Below are positions 1 through 12,904 of a stretch of DNA of 64,000 nt, piece after piece. Each line of letters opens with the position of its first letter. Positions within the stretch are counted from its first letter, which is position 1. Both the position numbers and the translations under genes were made by a program. This stretch comes from Tubiluchus corallicola (taxonomy: Eukaryota > Animalia > Priapulida). Below the pieces are notes generated by a model. It was given only the letters and a program-made list of their open reading frames with translations. It made no database searches and had not been told where the DNA came from. Location of the stretch: positions 310,001 to 374,000 of the forward strand of contig JAQGDQ010000164.1 of assembly GCA_030141605.1 (NCBI GenBank). The letters are read 5' to 3'.

Positions 1-171
1 ACAACACATTAACTGGTTTTATTTTGTTTTCAGTACCGCACTGAGTTGAAAAAAGTTGTACTTTACCCTCTAAAAATGTCCGTCTGAAAAAACTTTTTTC
101 CAGAATTTTTGCCTAAAAATTGAAGGGGTCTCTTATACACAAGGGTCTCTTATACACGGGAAAATACGGTA
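1..171. mobile_element. Right end of a Tc1/mariner-pogo-type non-autonomous element (truncated by window edge)
   Basis: Ends ...TCTCTTATACAC-AAGGG-TCTCTTATACACGGGAAAATACGG followed by TA. Same TIR architecture (CCGTA.../...TACGG, TA flank, duplicated CTTATA subterminal motif) as the complete element at 42452-42978. Confidence 0.6.
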
Positions 172-429
172 TATCCTCGTCCTGTAGGTCGAAACTGCAA
201 AAGCATGCATTTATACACATTGATACATAAATCTCATTGTGCTGTGCATTCATTCATTAAGCTATGGCTGGCTATTAGGGAGCAGTAAGTAAAGACTACG
301 TAAAATGTTTGTGAATTAATTCACTCACTTTTGACTATGGAGGTGCAAAATAGGTTTCACTAGGCTGTTGTTGTTATTATTAAGGTTTTTGATGTTGTCA
401 CTCTCATTGTTGCCATCATCATCGCCATA

Positions 430-600
430 GGTGGTGATAGTAGTAAGGTGTGGTGGTATGTTATTGCATGGTGTAGATGGTATAGCGTGGTGTGGTGTAA
501 GTAGCATGTGTATGGTGTGGGTTGTCATTATAGGTTTATGTGCAAAATCCTTTTATATGGTTTAGCTAGTACATTTAATAATAAACTAATTCTAATCATA
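430..600. repeat. Dispersed repeat with (TGG/GTG)-rich tract; second copy at about 59880-60064
   Basis: Both loci have a GGTGTGG-rich run followed by GTTTATG(T/C)(G/A)CAAAAT(C/T)CTTTTT...CTAATCA. Confidence 0.5.
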
Positions 601-733
601 CAATATTGATATTTATTATTATGCCCACAAATACATGTAATGTGTTACACCTGTTAAATGGGTCAAAACAACGAAGTTGAAAATTTATAACTTTAATAAT
701 TAAAAAGCAAGGTAGTTAAAGATTAAACATTTA

Positions 734-2401
<1,668 letters not shown>

Positions 2402-2949
2402 TCAACAACTGTTCCACGTGTAGGTGCAAATAGAAAATATAATAAAATTTTGAATGCTCTATCTAAGCCAAGTGAAAGTAACTTTAAAAAACCTATTGAT
2501 TAGGTAGAGCTTTCCAGTCTTACTCAATTCAAGTACCAAAACTTTAAATGGCACATTAAAATAGTGATATTTCTGATAGAGTGCCAGAACCTGGTAACTT
2601 TTAGTTCTTCACCCAACGTTCACTACTCAATTATTTTTGAGCTCTACTAATCACCACATAACACTGAATAAGATCAACAAACTTCAGCTAGCTATGTAAG
2701 CTTGTCATCTAGTTTTCGTTTTATTACAAAAGCATTATAAAATTTCAGCATGAATAATTGATCAATGACAGTCGAGAATGATGTCAAATTTTCAACTCAC
2801 TTAATGACTTATTAATGGGTTATGTCTTATGTTTGTTAAACATTTTGCCTACTTCTATTCTCTGAAATTTAATTATTACCAAACTTCAGCTGAAAAACGA
2901 CCACTGCTTTTTAAACAGCTTAGGCCGTGGGCTCCTGAACTATCTACAA

Positions 2950-5330
2950 AAGTTCCACATTTGATGAAGATGACAAATATAAGCACCCTATCGAAGCGCG
3001 GCAGCAATACGCAACTGATTATCATCTAAACGCAGACGCAATGAAGGGATACATTTTTTACTTACTAGCTGTAAGCTTACTTGTTTCGAAGCCTCACTAG
3101 GTATCCCTTTATATTTTCCAAGAACTTTCTTTTATTCTGTACTTATTTAGATTTCACTTCGCACGCTTTTTACAAGACCGGCAACAACACTAAAAGCTTT
3201 TCACGAAAAATCTTTACATTTTGTGTCCATGTTCAATTCGTCACAGTAATTTCAGCTTTTTCGGGCGACAAATACATTCAAGCAGGCGCTTACTGGCATA
3301 TTCATTGAAAAGAAATAATTGTAAGAATGTCTCAGAAATGGAGAAATACCTGTAATGCATAAATATAAGTACTTATAAGGGACAAGATAACAACAGCAAA
3401 AACATAGTTGATAAAAATAACAATGAAAGTTGCAATCATAGAACATAAAAATTATGGCCAGGCTGTTTGTGTATCAAATGATGATAATTTTCTTTCCAAA
3501 AAGTAAAATAATAGTGCCGGTGAGGCACGGACGAATATCTGGAAGTGAGAATAAAAAATTTAAAATACCATTTAGGACAAATGTTATTACGCATGGACCA
3601 GCAACTTAGAAAGAGAGTTGATTATAGATTTTTTTGATGTTTCATTACCATAAATTCTAATTTATTAGAATTTCTAATAAACCCACATGATTAAAGATTG
3701 GCTAAGCAAGTATTATCAGACCAAATACACAATAAAAAGGTTGGTATGATGAACTATAGATATAACAGATTATAATCAGATACACAAATAAATAAAATCT
3801 GAATGTAAAAAATGATTAAAGGTAAAATACTCGTAAGGTAAATCTTGAATTTAAATTAAAAACAAATGGTATGACCACATTAATCAAGCATTCTTGAAAT
3901 GCAGTGAATTTGAAATACACTTAAGAAATTATAATTTTCAAATAATGGGAGCACTAACTGTTATGTACACGAAACTGTTGTCGTGCAATGCCTACAAAAT
4001 TTTTTGCCTTGATTATGTTGGTTATGAGGATTTAATTGCCAGAGCAGATCGAGGTGTTGAGTTTGCAATTTCTGTTGTTAGTTTCGTTTTCGTGAAATGT
4101 TCTGATCGTGTGAATGATATATAAAATTATTTTTTACGTGATTATTAAGTTCTATTACTTTTATTCTATTCTAATTATATAACAATATTAGTATAAGGTG
4201 ATATAATATGTATATATGTATGCATATGTGTACGTGCATTTTATAATATCAGTGTGGTTTCCAAAAAAAGTAAGTCACTATAATTTATGAAGGTGAGCCT
4301 CACTATAAGGGAGGTTAAATACCATTACAAAAATTCGCATAAAGATTATTTGAGTAGTTCTTTGTGTAAAGCTGATATAAATGTATGGTGGGTTAATACC
4401 ACGAGACTGAAAAAATTCAGAGAATTTCTGAATCGTGCAAAGAGCAATCAGCAGTTCTGAATTCACTGAATATCATAAGGAGCAAGGAAGAAAAGTATAT
4501 CGAATTATTAGTAAGAAATTGTTGTATGATTTGGTTGAAAAATTGGAGATGTAAAGTTTATTGTTTTGAAAAATGGCTTGCTTATAATATTAAGATAAAA
4601 TGGCGCTGAAGAAACCGCCACACCCTAAAGTACTGTGTTAGAGCTGTTGCAAAAGAATTCCAGCCTGCTGGCGTCAAGGGATATAAGCAAGAGTGCAGGC
4701 AGAAGCGAGTGAGTTGATTACTGGCCATCAATTTGAATAAACGTGTATAATATATAAATTCTTAGTAATGAGGTTACAGTTGAGGGCTCTTTCCCATTAT
4801 GAATTACAAAACTCGCCAAAAAGCTAGTGATGTCAGCTCCAATGAAGAAAGCAAAATATTTAAACTGTTAATATACTAAAGATTCCAGATAGCAATTTAT
4901 GGCGAATTACTTGTATGCAGTTCTATTGCAATAATTAACTCTCATATGCAGAACGCAAATGTAAGATTGTGATCATGTATATGAATGTCTTATTTCCTTC
5001 AATAACCCTAGCTGTTTAGCCTACATGCAACATAACGCGCATCACAACTTAACCCCTAACTTAAAGATTAAAGAAATGAGGCAGTGCAAATTGATCTCGC
5101 ATTCGCTAGAAATATCTGGTGACATAGTCGTGAAGAATATGCTTTTAGCAGTGCGTTTCTGAGCTACCAAATCGAATCGTTGAATTAATACAGTTATTTC
5201 TACTGGTCGAAGGAGTGGTTAATGCTTAGTCAGTTTTTCTCGTTAATATAATTAGAATCATAAGATTTGTATTGAATAGTGTTTGGCTGTTTTCTCGATA
5301 TGGTTGATAATCTTCGCTAGTAGCAGAAAT
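2950..5330. promoter_or_regulatory. Divergent RUVBL1/ECD promoter region with probable non-coding 5' exons
   Basis: CpG-richer patches at about 2990-3290 and 4600-5300. Minus-strand donor (GTAAG) at 3080. YY1-like AAAATGGCG at 4597-4605. Plus-strand donor GTGAGT at 4709 and tandem acceptor TAG-TAG-CAG at 5318-5326. Transcription start sites are inferred only. Confidence 0.45.
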
Positions 5331-5360
5331 TCTGCACATACCCTTTTCGGTTCTTTTGAC

Positions 5361-7310
5361 ATGGCGCATAACGGCGATTCAGCATTGGAAGATAAAGTAA
5401 ATTATAGAATTTTTATTTCGTCGATCCCTATCCAAGTCGGTACTGGAAAACAAGATGTAACCTCTGCAGATTCGCGTGTTGACCTCTACATTGCTTCATT
5501 GACGAAATATTTGGCTAGTTACATTTGGCAAAATGAAAATTTCACTCTTTCTCCAGCAGATATGCAAAATGTGGACTCTTTTCCTTTACATCTATATGGT
5601 TGTACAAAAGTAGGAGATTACATAGAAGATGAGTGGTTTATTGTGTTTCTTCTTTTGGAACTTTCAAAAGAGTATCTGGACATTGTCATTCAAGTCAATG
5701 ACGTTGATGGTGAATTTTTACTAATAGAAGCTGCAGATCACCTTCCATCATGGTTAAATCCTGAAAGCAGTATTAATCGTGTCTACATTCATGAAGGTGA
5801 AGTGCATATTATACCGAAGTCCAACAGTTCTGGCAACATTGGTATTCCTTTGAAAAACCCGGTTTCGATCTCACAAGCAGTTGATATGATACTCAAACAT
5901 ACACATATGACCAAGGCTTCCACTAAAATACAAGAGGCGGTTAAACGAAGAGTAGCACAGTATCCAGCCAAATTGTCTGAGATCAAGCAACGAGCACATT
6001 GTTATCTCCCTGCTGCTGCTGTGGCACTTTTACAGACTGATCCACACCTCATATCAGCAGTTGTAAGAGCATTTTGTCAGCGTGATTCTAGTCATAAAAA
6101 TGTTTGTAAAGTGATGAGACATTTTCCTCCAGAAACTCGAGTTATGACTGAAGTGATGTTTAGTCGAAATTTATACGCACAGTTGAGGCAACAACGGTAT
6201 GAGCCAGATCACATAGTAGGTTGGAATATTCCTACACCTAATAGCCCTCGATATATATCATATGATCTTGGTATGAAACTTGCCTGTGGCTTTGAGATTC
6301 TGCTCTCGGAGGGCACAAAGTTAGAAGCACTGCAAGGCAACACAAGTTTTGATCAGCATGAAGTTAGTGTGATTCGCTGGAACCGATATTTAGAAAAGCT
6401 AAAAGAAACTGGTTACTTTAAGAACGAGGTTGAAGGGTCAGTTCAGTTCCAGAAGCTGTTGTCTGAGTCGCGCAAAATTTACGAGGTTGCCGTACGTGGT
6501 CACATAGGTAATATATCTGGGAAAATAGCAGCTCAGTTTGCTCATTTGGATTACGATATGGATGTGCTTAAACAGCAGGAGAAAAGGTTAAAGCCACCAG
6601 ATAGTGAGGATTGGCTGGAGCTAAGCCCAGATGATGTGGATCAGATTCTTGCACAGTATCAGTTTGGGGCTAGTGGGAGTGGTACAAGAACAAGTTCTCA
6701 TCATCGTAAAGCCAGTGGTGATTCTGCCACAAAATTGTGTGGCAAGGCTAATCAAAATAAAAAAAATTCTAGTAAATCTAATATGGATTTTGACTCATTT
6801 GCCGAATCAGTCGGAAAAATTCTGGATTTCGCAATACCATTTGACAGTGATAGTGATTCTAGTTCAGGAATGAGTGGCTATGGTGAAGAGGAAGAGGATA
6901 CTTTTCATAAGGAAATGAACAGACTTCAAGATGATAATTCACTGAATGATAATTTACAGGACTATATTGATATAATGGATCGTGAATTAGCAAGGGCAAA
7001 TGTGGAAAGAAATGTCAGTGCATGTGCTCAGAATCTCAATGAGATTAATGAGAACAAGAAGGTAAAGGCTGTTCGGCCCAGGCAGAGGCCTTCGCAACCT
7101 CCTCCTGAGCCACCTGTACCTACATCAGTTCCATCAAGTACTTCAGAAGATTGTACCATGCTCGATGATTTTGGGGACTATCGGGCTGTAGATGTAGATT
7201 TGCAGAATCTTTTAGAAACCTATAGTGCACAGTCGAATGTGTCTGCTGACATTGCATCACGTGGACTTGCGCTACCTGAAGATCTAGATGAGACAGAGGA
7301 TGAACAATAA
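5361..7310 (+). CDS. ECD: Ecdysoneless (ECD, SGT1-like family) homologue, single coding exon, about 649 aa
   Basis: Uninterrupted ORF with family motifs YIWQNENFTL, GDYIEDEWFIVFLLLELSK, VNDVDGEFLLIEAADHLPSWLNPE, NRVYIHEGEVHIIP, LGMKLACGFEIL, DSEDWLELSPDDVDQIL and YIDIMDRELA. The first ATG is at 5361; the ORF-track start at 5283 is a TTG. Confidence 0.93.
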   Translation: MAHNGDSALEDKVNYRIFISSIPIQVGTGKQDVTSADSRVDLYIASLTKYLASYIWQNENFTLSPADMQNVDSFPLHLYGCTKVGDYIEDEWFIVFLLLELSKEYLDIVIQVNDVDGEFLLIEAADHLPSWLNPESSINRVYIHEGEVHIIPKSNSSGNIGIPLKNPVSISQAVDMILKHTHMTKASTKIQEAVKRRVAQYPAKLSEIKQRAHCYLPAAAVALLQTDPHLISAVVRAFCQRDSSHKNVCKVMRHFPPETRVMTEVMFSRNLYAQLRQQRYEPDHIVGWNIPTPNSPRYISYDLGMKLACGFEILLSEGTKLEALQGNTSFDQHEVSVIRWNRYLEKLKETGYFKNEVEGSVQFQKLLSESRKIYEVAVRGHIGNISGKIAAQFAHLDYDMDVLKQQEKRLKPPDSEDWLELSPDDVDQILAQYQFGASGSGTRTSSHHRKASGDSATKLCGKANQNKKNSSKSNMDFDSFAESVGKILDFAIPFDSDSDSSSGMSGYGEEEEDTFHKEMNRLQDDNSLNDNLQDYIDIMDRELARANVERNVSACAQNLNEINENKKVKAVRPRQRPSQPPPEPPVPTSVPSSTSEDCTMLDDFGDYRAVDVDLQNLLETYSAQSNVSADIASRGLALPEDLDETEDEQ

Positions 7311-10300
7311 TTTTTTGTTTTTATTGATTAGGATTAAGCTAAACATTATTTGCCAAAAGAGGTGTCATTGTACTCTTTCATAATTTTCTAGTAACAATTC
7401 TACAATTTGGATTAAAAAGTTTTTTAAGAGATATTCAACTCAGTACTTACTTAATTCATTGTGTTGTGGTTAATTAGCATGAAAATTGCTGAAGTTGCTG
7501 TACAAACCAGCTTTGCAAGTTCTTTGGAATTGTTCAAAATAAAATTTATTTGATACCGCTAATTATTTCCAAAATTCCTACGATAGAAAGAAGTAACACA
7601 AGTTACACATGGTAGTCAGGCCAGTTATTTATTATTAGCATTTGGCCACCATTTTGTATGCTAGCTATGATAGCATTTATGGCTTTCTAATACTGTTCAG
7701 CCAAAGCTGAAAGAATGAAACATTTTTGCAATACATATGTGTGTTTTCTCAAGCTGAAGTGGTCACATAGGTCACCTGAAATGAATGAGTACCATACAGT
7801 GACATATCGACATAAATTTGAACGAACTATGAAATGGAATTTTCAAGTCACAAGCACATCAAGTTTGGCACAGCTTGTGAAAAAGTTTTATGTCTTGCTC
7901 ACTAACCAGGCCCCTGCTGGTGATACCTCCATGTGTTGAAGCATTAGTAAGTCTCCTATCAAGCTGTTAGTAAGTTCACATATGTGGACTATTAGCAAGC
8001 CCACATGTTAAGCTGTCACCTTTAGACAATCTGTTTTTGTGATTTGTAAATTTCACTTAGAAGTTATGTGGTAGCCAAGTTCTTCATTTCATTTACCTGG
8101 CATTGCCGCGCACATGTCACTGAAACAGTTCAGGCTTTTACATGGATGCTTTTGCTTGAGCTGAGACATATGCCTTCGTTTCTTAAGCCTCTGCAAGCCA
8201 GCGGGTTTAGTTCTTTGGTGCAGATACAAAGTAAAAAATTCTGGTGTGCAGAATTTTTGATAGCTCACACAGTCACTTTTTTGCAGAAGGCTATGCATCA
8301 TTCATTATAGGAAATTGTTACACGATAATTTAATGATTGTGTAAGTAATTTGGAATGAGGCTTTTACAGAACTTGTGTTGCTTTTTTAGCGAGGGATTTT
8401 GGTAATAACCAGCAATAAGAAGTAATTTTAATGGCAGTGTTACATGCTGAACTTGTATGAACTTTGACTGAATTTTTGACAGGATTAATGGTTTAGTGAC
8501 TATCTTGAACATTTTGATAGCAATTTTGAACATTTGTATTTACATTACTATCACCTGGATGTGTTAGGTCACTTAGGTATTCTCTTTGATCCAGAAAGCA
8601 TAGAGGTGTTTTCATGAACTTTGAAGCCATGTTACACAGCTACACAGTTGTAGCAGGTTTTGTCATCTTTACAGCTATTTTGGATTTTCCCATGAAAGAA
8701 AAGACATTGTATAAGGTATATCTAGGAATAATGCTAGTAAATATAGTTTTTTCTGTAAACACGATGAAGTGTATTACAACCATAAATGTTTGTTTGAATT
8801 GTGGGGAATTCAAGGTGATCTCATTAGCTGTCTGACTATTTAGACATGAAATCCTGCAATAAGAGTGAACCAACTTAGAGCATCCCCAAGCACCCCAGAT
8901 AACAATTTTCTTTGGTCACAACTCTCAATTAATGATGCATGATGCAGGAAGCCAGAACAAATGATACCCGAGAGTAGCAAGGTCCCTTTTCTGGCTGCCA
9001 GCACTATAACTATAATGAGATTGTACTAGTACAGGGAACACTTTTTTGTAGTTTTTGGACATTTGCCAAAATATTTATGATTACTTACACATTGTGGGGT
9101 ACAATTTTCTTAGCATACAGATTTATGTCACTGCCATTTTATGTTGTCAGCTGTATGGCAGCATTTGTAACAGAGCTTCCAACTGCTTGTGGTGTCTTAT
9201 TGACATGTAGATACATTTCGTAACAATCATTTAATTGGCCGCTGTTAGCTAAAATTTCAAATAACTGCATGTGTAAGTTTTTGGTATCAATATGTAGAAA
9301 ACAGTTTGATTTGGCTGAAAAATTGTATTATTGGTTTTAACCATGCTTCTCAAACCTGATGGCTTGTGATATTATTTTTTGGCTTTAGTTTTCTAGCTTT
9401 GGTAATGTGGTGTTGAGTATCACACCTTCTGGATAAAACTGATGACTGAAACTGAAAATTCAAAGTTGTCAATGTTTGCTAACATTGTGTGCTGTCTGTA
9501 GGCTTGCAGGAAACTTGTGCATTGTTGTAGATAAATATACGTATTGTGGTGATGAATGAGATTATGAAAATCACAGATAGCAAAGCCAAATGCAGCCTTG
9601 CATATGAAAAATTTTCTATGCTTGATAGTAAAATTATAGAAAAATGCTTGTGAGCTTATTTTACAACAATAATATATTAAGCATGTATTACATGTAAGCA
9701 TCAAAGGACTTATAACGAGTCCTGTGATCACAGTCTTTTATTGACGCAAATCAAGGCATTGCAAATAGTTTTATACCTCAGTATTTGTTTTACCCACTTT
9801 AAAATTATGCTAGCTATTAGTTAATGTTTTATGTGCCAATAATGCTTCAGCATATATGTATAGCATAATTGTCTGTATAATAAACCATCGAATCATAGGT
9901 TGTTAATAAAAAAATTATGATAAGTGCAGGACTACTGTATACTCGTGGTTTTATGTATTTACAAGGGTAAAGTTGTGCGCAACTTGCAATCTCTACTACC
10001 CGTACAGTTTAGAGATAACTTTTTTCTCCTACTGTATAAAATTTCTATGCAATTTTGGAAATTACATACTAGATACTATGTGCAGTTGTCTGGACTTTTC
10101 AGTGATTGACCAATCAAGATTTTTGATAATGAGCCAGTTAGCATTGCTGAATCAGCAGCACATAATAAAACATTAACGTTAACTTGGCTGTAGCGGAGTA
10201 TTTTGTCATGATTTGTGCACCGAGTCAATTTTATTGCAACTTTAACAACTTTCATTAAGTAAAAACCAAGTGTTTTTGTGAACTGATTCACTTGTTATTT

Positions 10301-10744
10301 TATTGAAATAACTGATAAAGAAAAAAGTGAAAAAAGGAATAAAAATTGTTCATTAGACAATATTAATTATTAAAAACATACACGCAGAATGGTACTGCAG
10401 TCCTGCAGCAGCTTGAGAATGTTCAAGCGTTAATTTACAACAAGAAATTACTCAGTTAATCAATAATGATAATAAGAGAAATGATAATTGTAATAATAAT
10501 TTGTCTTTATTTTAGCTTGAGTTTTAGATAAACAACATAGTCTATGAAACATAAGTCTTAATTGAAGATTACTACTTCATATAACAAATAAAACCTTCAT
10601 AATGATAAAATTTAATGATTGTGCTAAAATAATGGTAAATCTTTATTTAAAGTCAGTATGCGTGTACAGACGAAAAACACAAGCTCCTAAGAGCTTTTGA
10701 ACCGACTGAAACAACAGTTGTTAAAAGCAGAGATGGAACTAAAA

Positions 10745-12080
10745 GACACAAATATATAAATTTTTATATAGATTTAAACATAATAATGCTTCCTAAAATT
10801 TTCCAAAATTACTATAAATCAGTAGCCCAGATGCACAAGTATCATACACGATTTGCTACTAACCGAACTTTCTATGTACAAAGATTTAATACTAACAAAT
10901 GGCAAAAATCTCTAATTTATCAAAGCGCTTTGTTGTGGAACAGTCTGCTTAATAAACTAAAAAATGGCACCTTTACTATTTGATAATTAACTATAAATCC
11001 ATTCTCATTTCTAATTATCATGTGTGACTTTCTCTGCTATGGTCTATTTCAAATAAATCATCTCTGTTAGTTTTAATGTATTCCCCTAGTACTAATCTAT
11101 TAAATATAATTATATTGTCATAGTACATCTTTTCATCAAAATGTATAATTATTATTATTCATTCCCAACTATGAAAAGGGAAGGTAAGCACGCAAGACAA
11201 TAGACCAAAGTATATTTGTGATAGGTCTTACGTAATCTTCGAGCAAATCCAGCAGCTACAACACTTTTTTTCATACAATTTTGTTTATAATTTTGTCTGC
11301 TCCACTTGTGTTTTTTGCTTGCATATTATGCTTTTCTCACTACACATATTCACTTCATTATATTATTTTGCTCATTGTTTCACAGTTATCATTAAGTTTT
11401 ATTATATTTTTTGTTGAGTCATATTGTCTATTTAATCACATACTCATATTTCGTTACATATTTTGTTTACTCCATTCTCTGTACTAGTGCTTGTTTTCCA
11501 TAGTCCTTCGACATTATGCTTAACATAATTTGATTAAACACTATTGCATATTTTCGTTTCATTATTAGCTTGATTTTATCATGCATATTTTGTTTCCTTC
11601 ACTGATTTATTAAATATGTTTTAGTTTTTTTTCTTTTGGTTTGACTTATTTTTTTAGTTTGTTTATGTTTTAATCGGTTAGTTAAATGCTTTACATATTT
11701 GGTTGATCATCATTGCATATTTTTCATTTTAGCTTAATGCTTCCTTGTTGCATACACTATTCAGTAATTTCGCTTTCAAGTTTAGTTTCTTCCCCTATAA
11801 ATTTATGTTAACAGTTGATTTTCTTAACCCACTTCATAATTATATTACACACTTTAATTAGCAGCGCTACAAATTTTTTACAACTTACATTATCCTGAGA
11901 AGGGTAGCTGACTTGATGACCAATTGGTCTTTCACTACCTTTTCTCCTGCATCTCCCTAACTCTTTCCTTTATGCATAATTTATCCTGTTTAATTAATAA
12001 CTAAAGCAATAATAGTCTATTTGCATTCTGGTATAAATGAGGAGATAAATAAAATATCTATGTCTATGTCTATGTCTATA
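10745..12080 (+). mobile_element. 5'-truncated CR1/L2-group LINE remnant (ORF2 C-terminus, 3' UTR and tail)
   Basis: Translation LPKIFQNYYKSVAQMHKYHTR...NTNKWQKSLIYQSALLWNSL matches the typical HxYxTR...YxxxxLWNSL end of L2/Crack/Daphne-type ORF2. It is followed by a T-rich 3' region ending AATAAA + (TCTATG)n at about 12048-12080. Confidence 0.65.
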
Positions 12081-12904
12081 TCAATATATATACATACACA
12101 TACATACATAAACATATGAAATGCAGGATTAAAAACAACAATTTTAGCTATAAATGTACTCTATTAATTTTAATAAGGATTTACACGTGGCACGTTTACA
12201 TTCTTTGGTTTGCTTGCATTCCATTTATCTCAAACTAAGTGACCTGCAGAGCCTGAGCGTTTGTCCCAAGCAGTGATTACACGAGCATTATGAATTTGCA
12301 GGCATGCTTGGAAGAAACGGTGTCAGTTTTTTAAGTTTTCGATGTGACTATAAGTTTTGATCTTAGAACAACTGACAGAACCTGGTTACAATTAATTGAT
12401 TTTTTGTTGAAATTCTCAAATATCGATTACTTTATCTAGGAAGTAACTGGTAAAAGAATTAACTTTTACTGCAAAAAATGTAGTTTGTAATTCCATTTTA
12501 AAAATATACACTGCACAACAATGTACATGAATAACGGAGTCGTGAAGAATAGCATCCTAGCGGTGTGTTTCAGTTTAAGAATATTTTTACGTTACTGCAC
12601 ATTGTATTGACATTACATGTTACACGGTTGTCTGCTAGACGAAGCGAGCTAATTTATTGTGTGACAGATCGCGGCTTTATACTTACAGTAAAATAAACGA
12701 ATTACTTTTTGCTAGAAATTACCTCTCTTTTAAACACGTGTACTGTATAATTTAGACGCAGTTTACGATTTCCCCCGTTTCTTCGTGTACTACTGATATT
12801 GACATGTCAATCCCAAGAATTTGGCTATGAATATCTACAAAAACTCTTAGTAGTTTTTGCCCTTACGCTGTTGGATAGGAAATTTGCACCCTGAAAGGAA
12901 GAAG

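Noticed and set aside
5283-5360. Signal-peptide-like N-terminal extension of ECD (MAVFSIWLIIFA)
   Set aside because: It starts at TTG, overlaps a likely splice acceptor region, and ECD is not a secreted protein; ATG 5361 is the better start.
10095-10520. Extension of the SLC23 duplication unit upstream of the LINE (short matches to about 26935-27275)
   Set aside because: The matches are short and AT-rich and cannot be separated from chance without an alignment.
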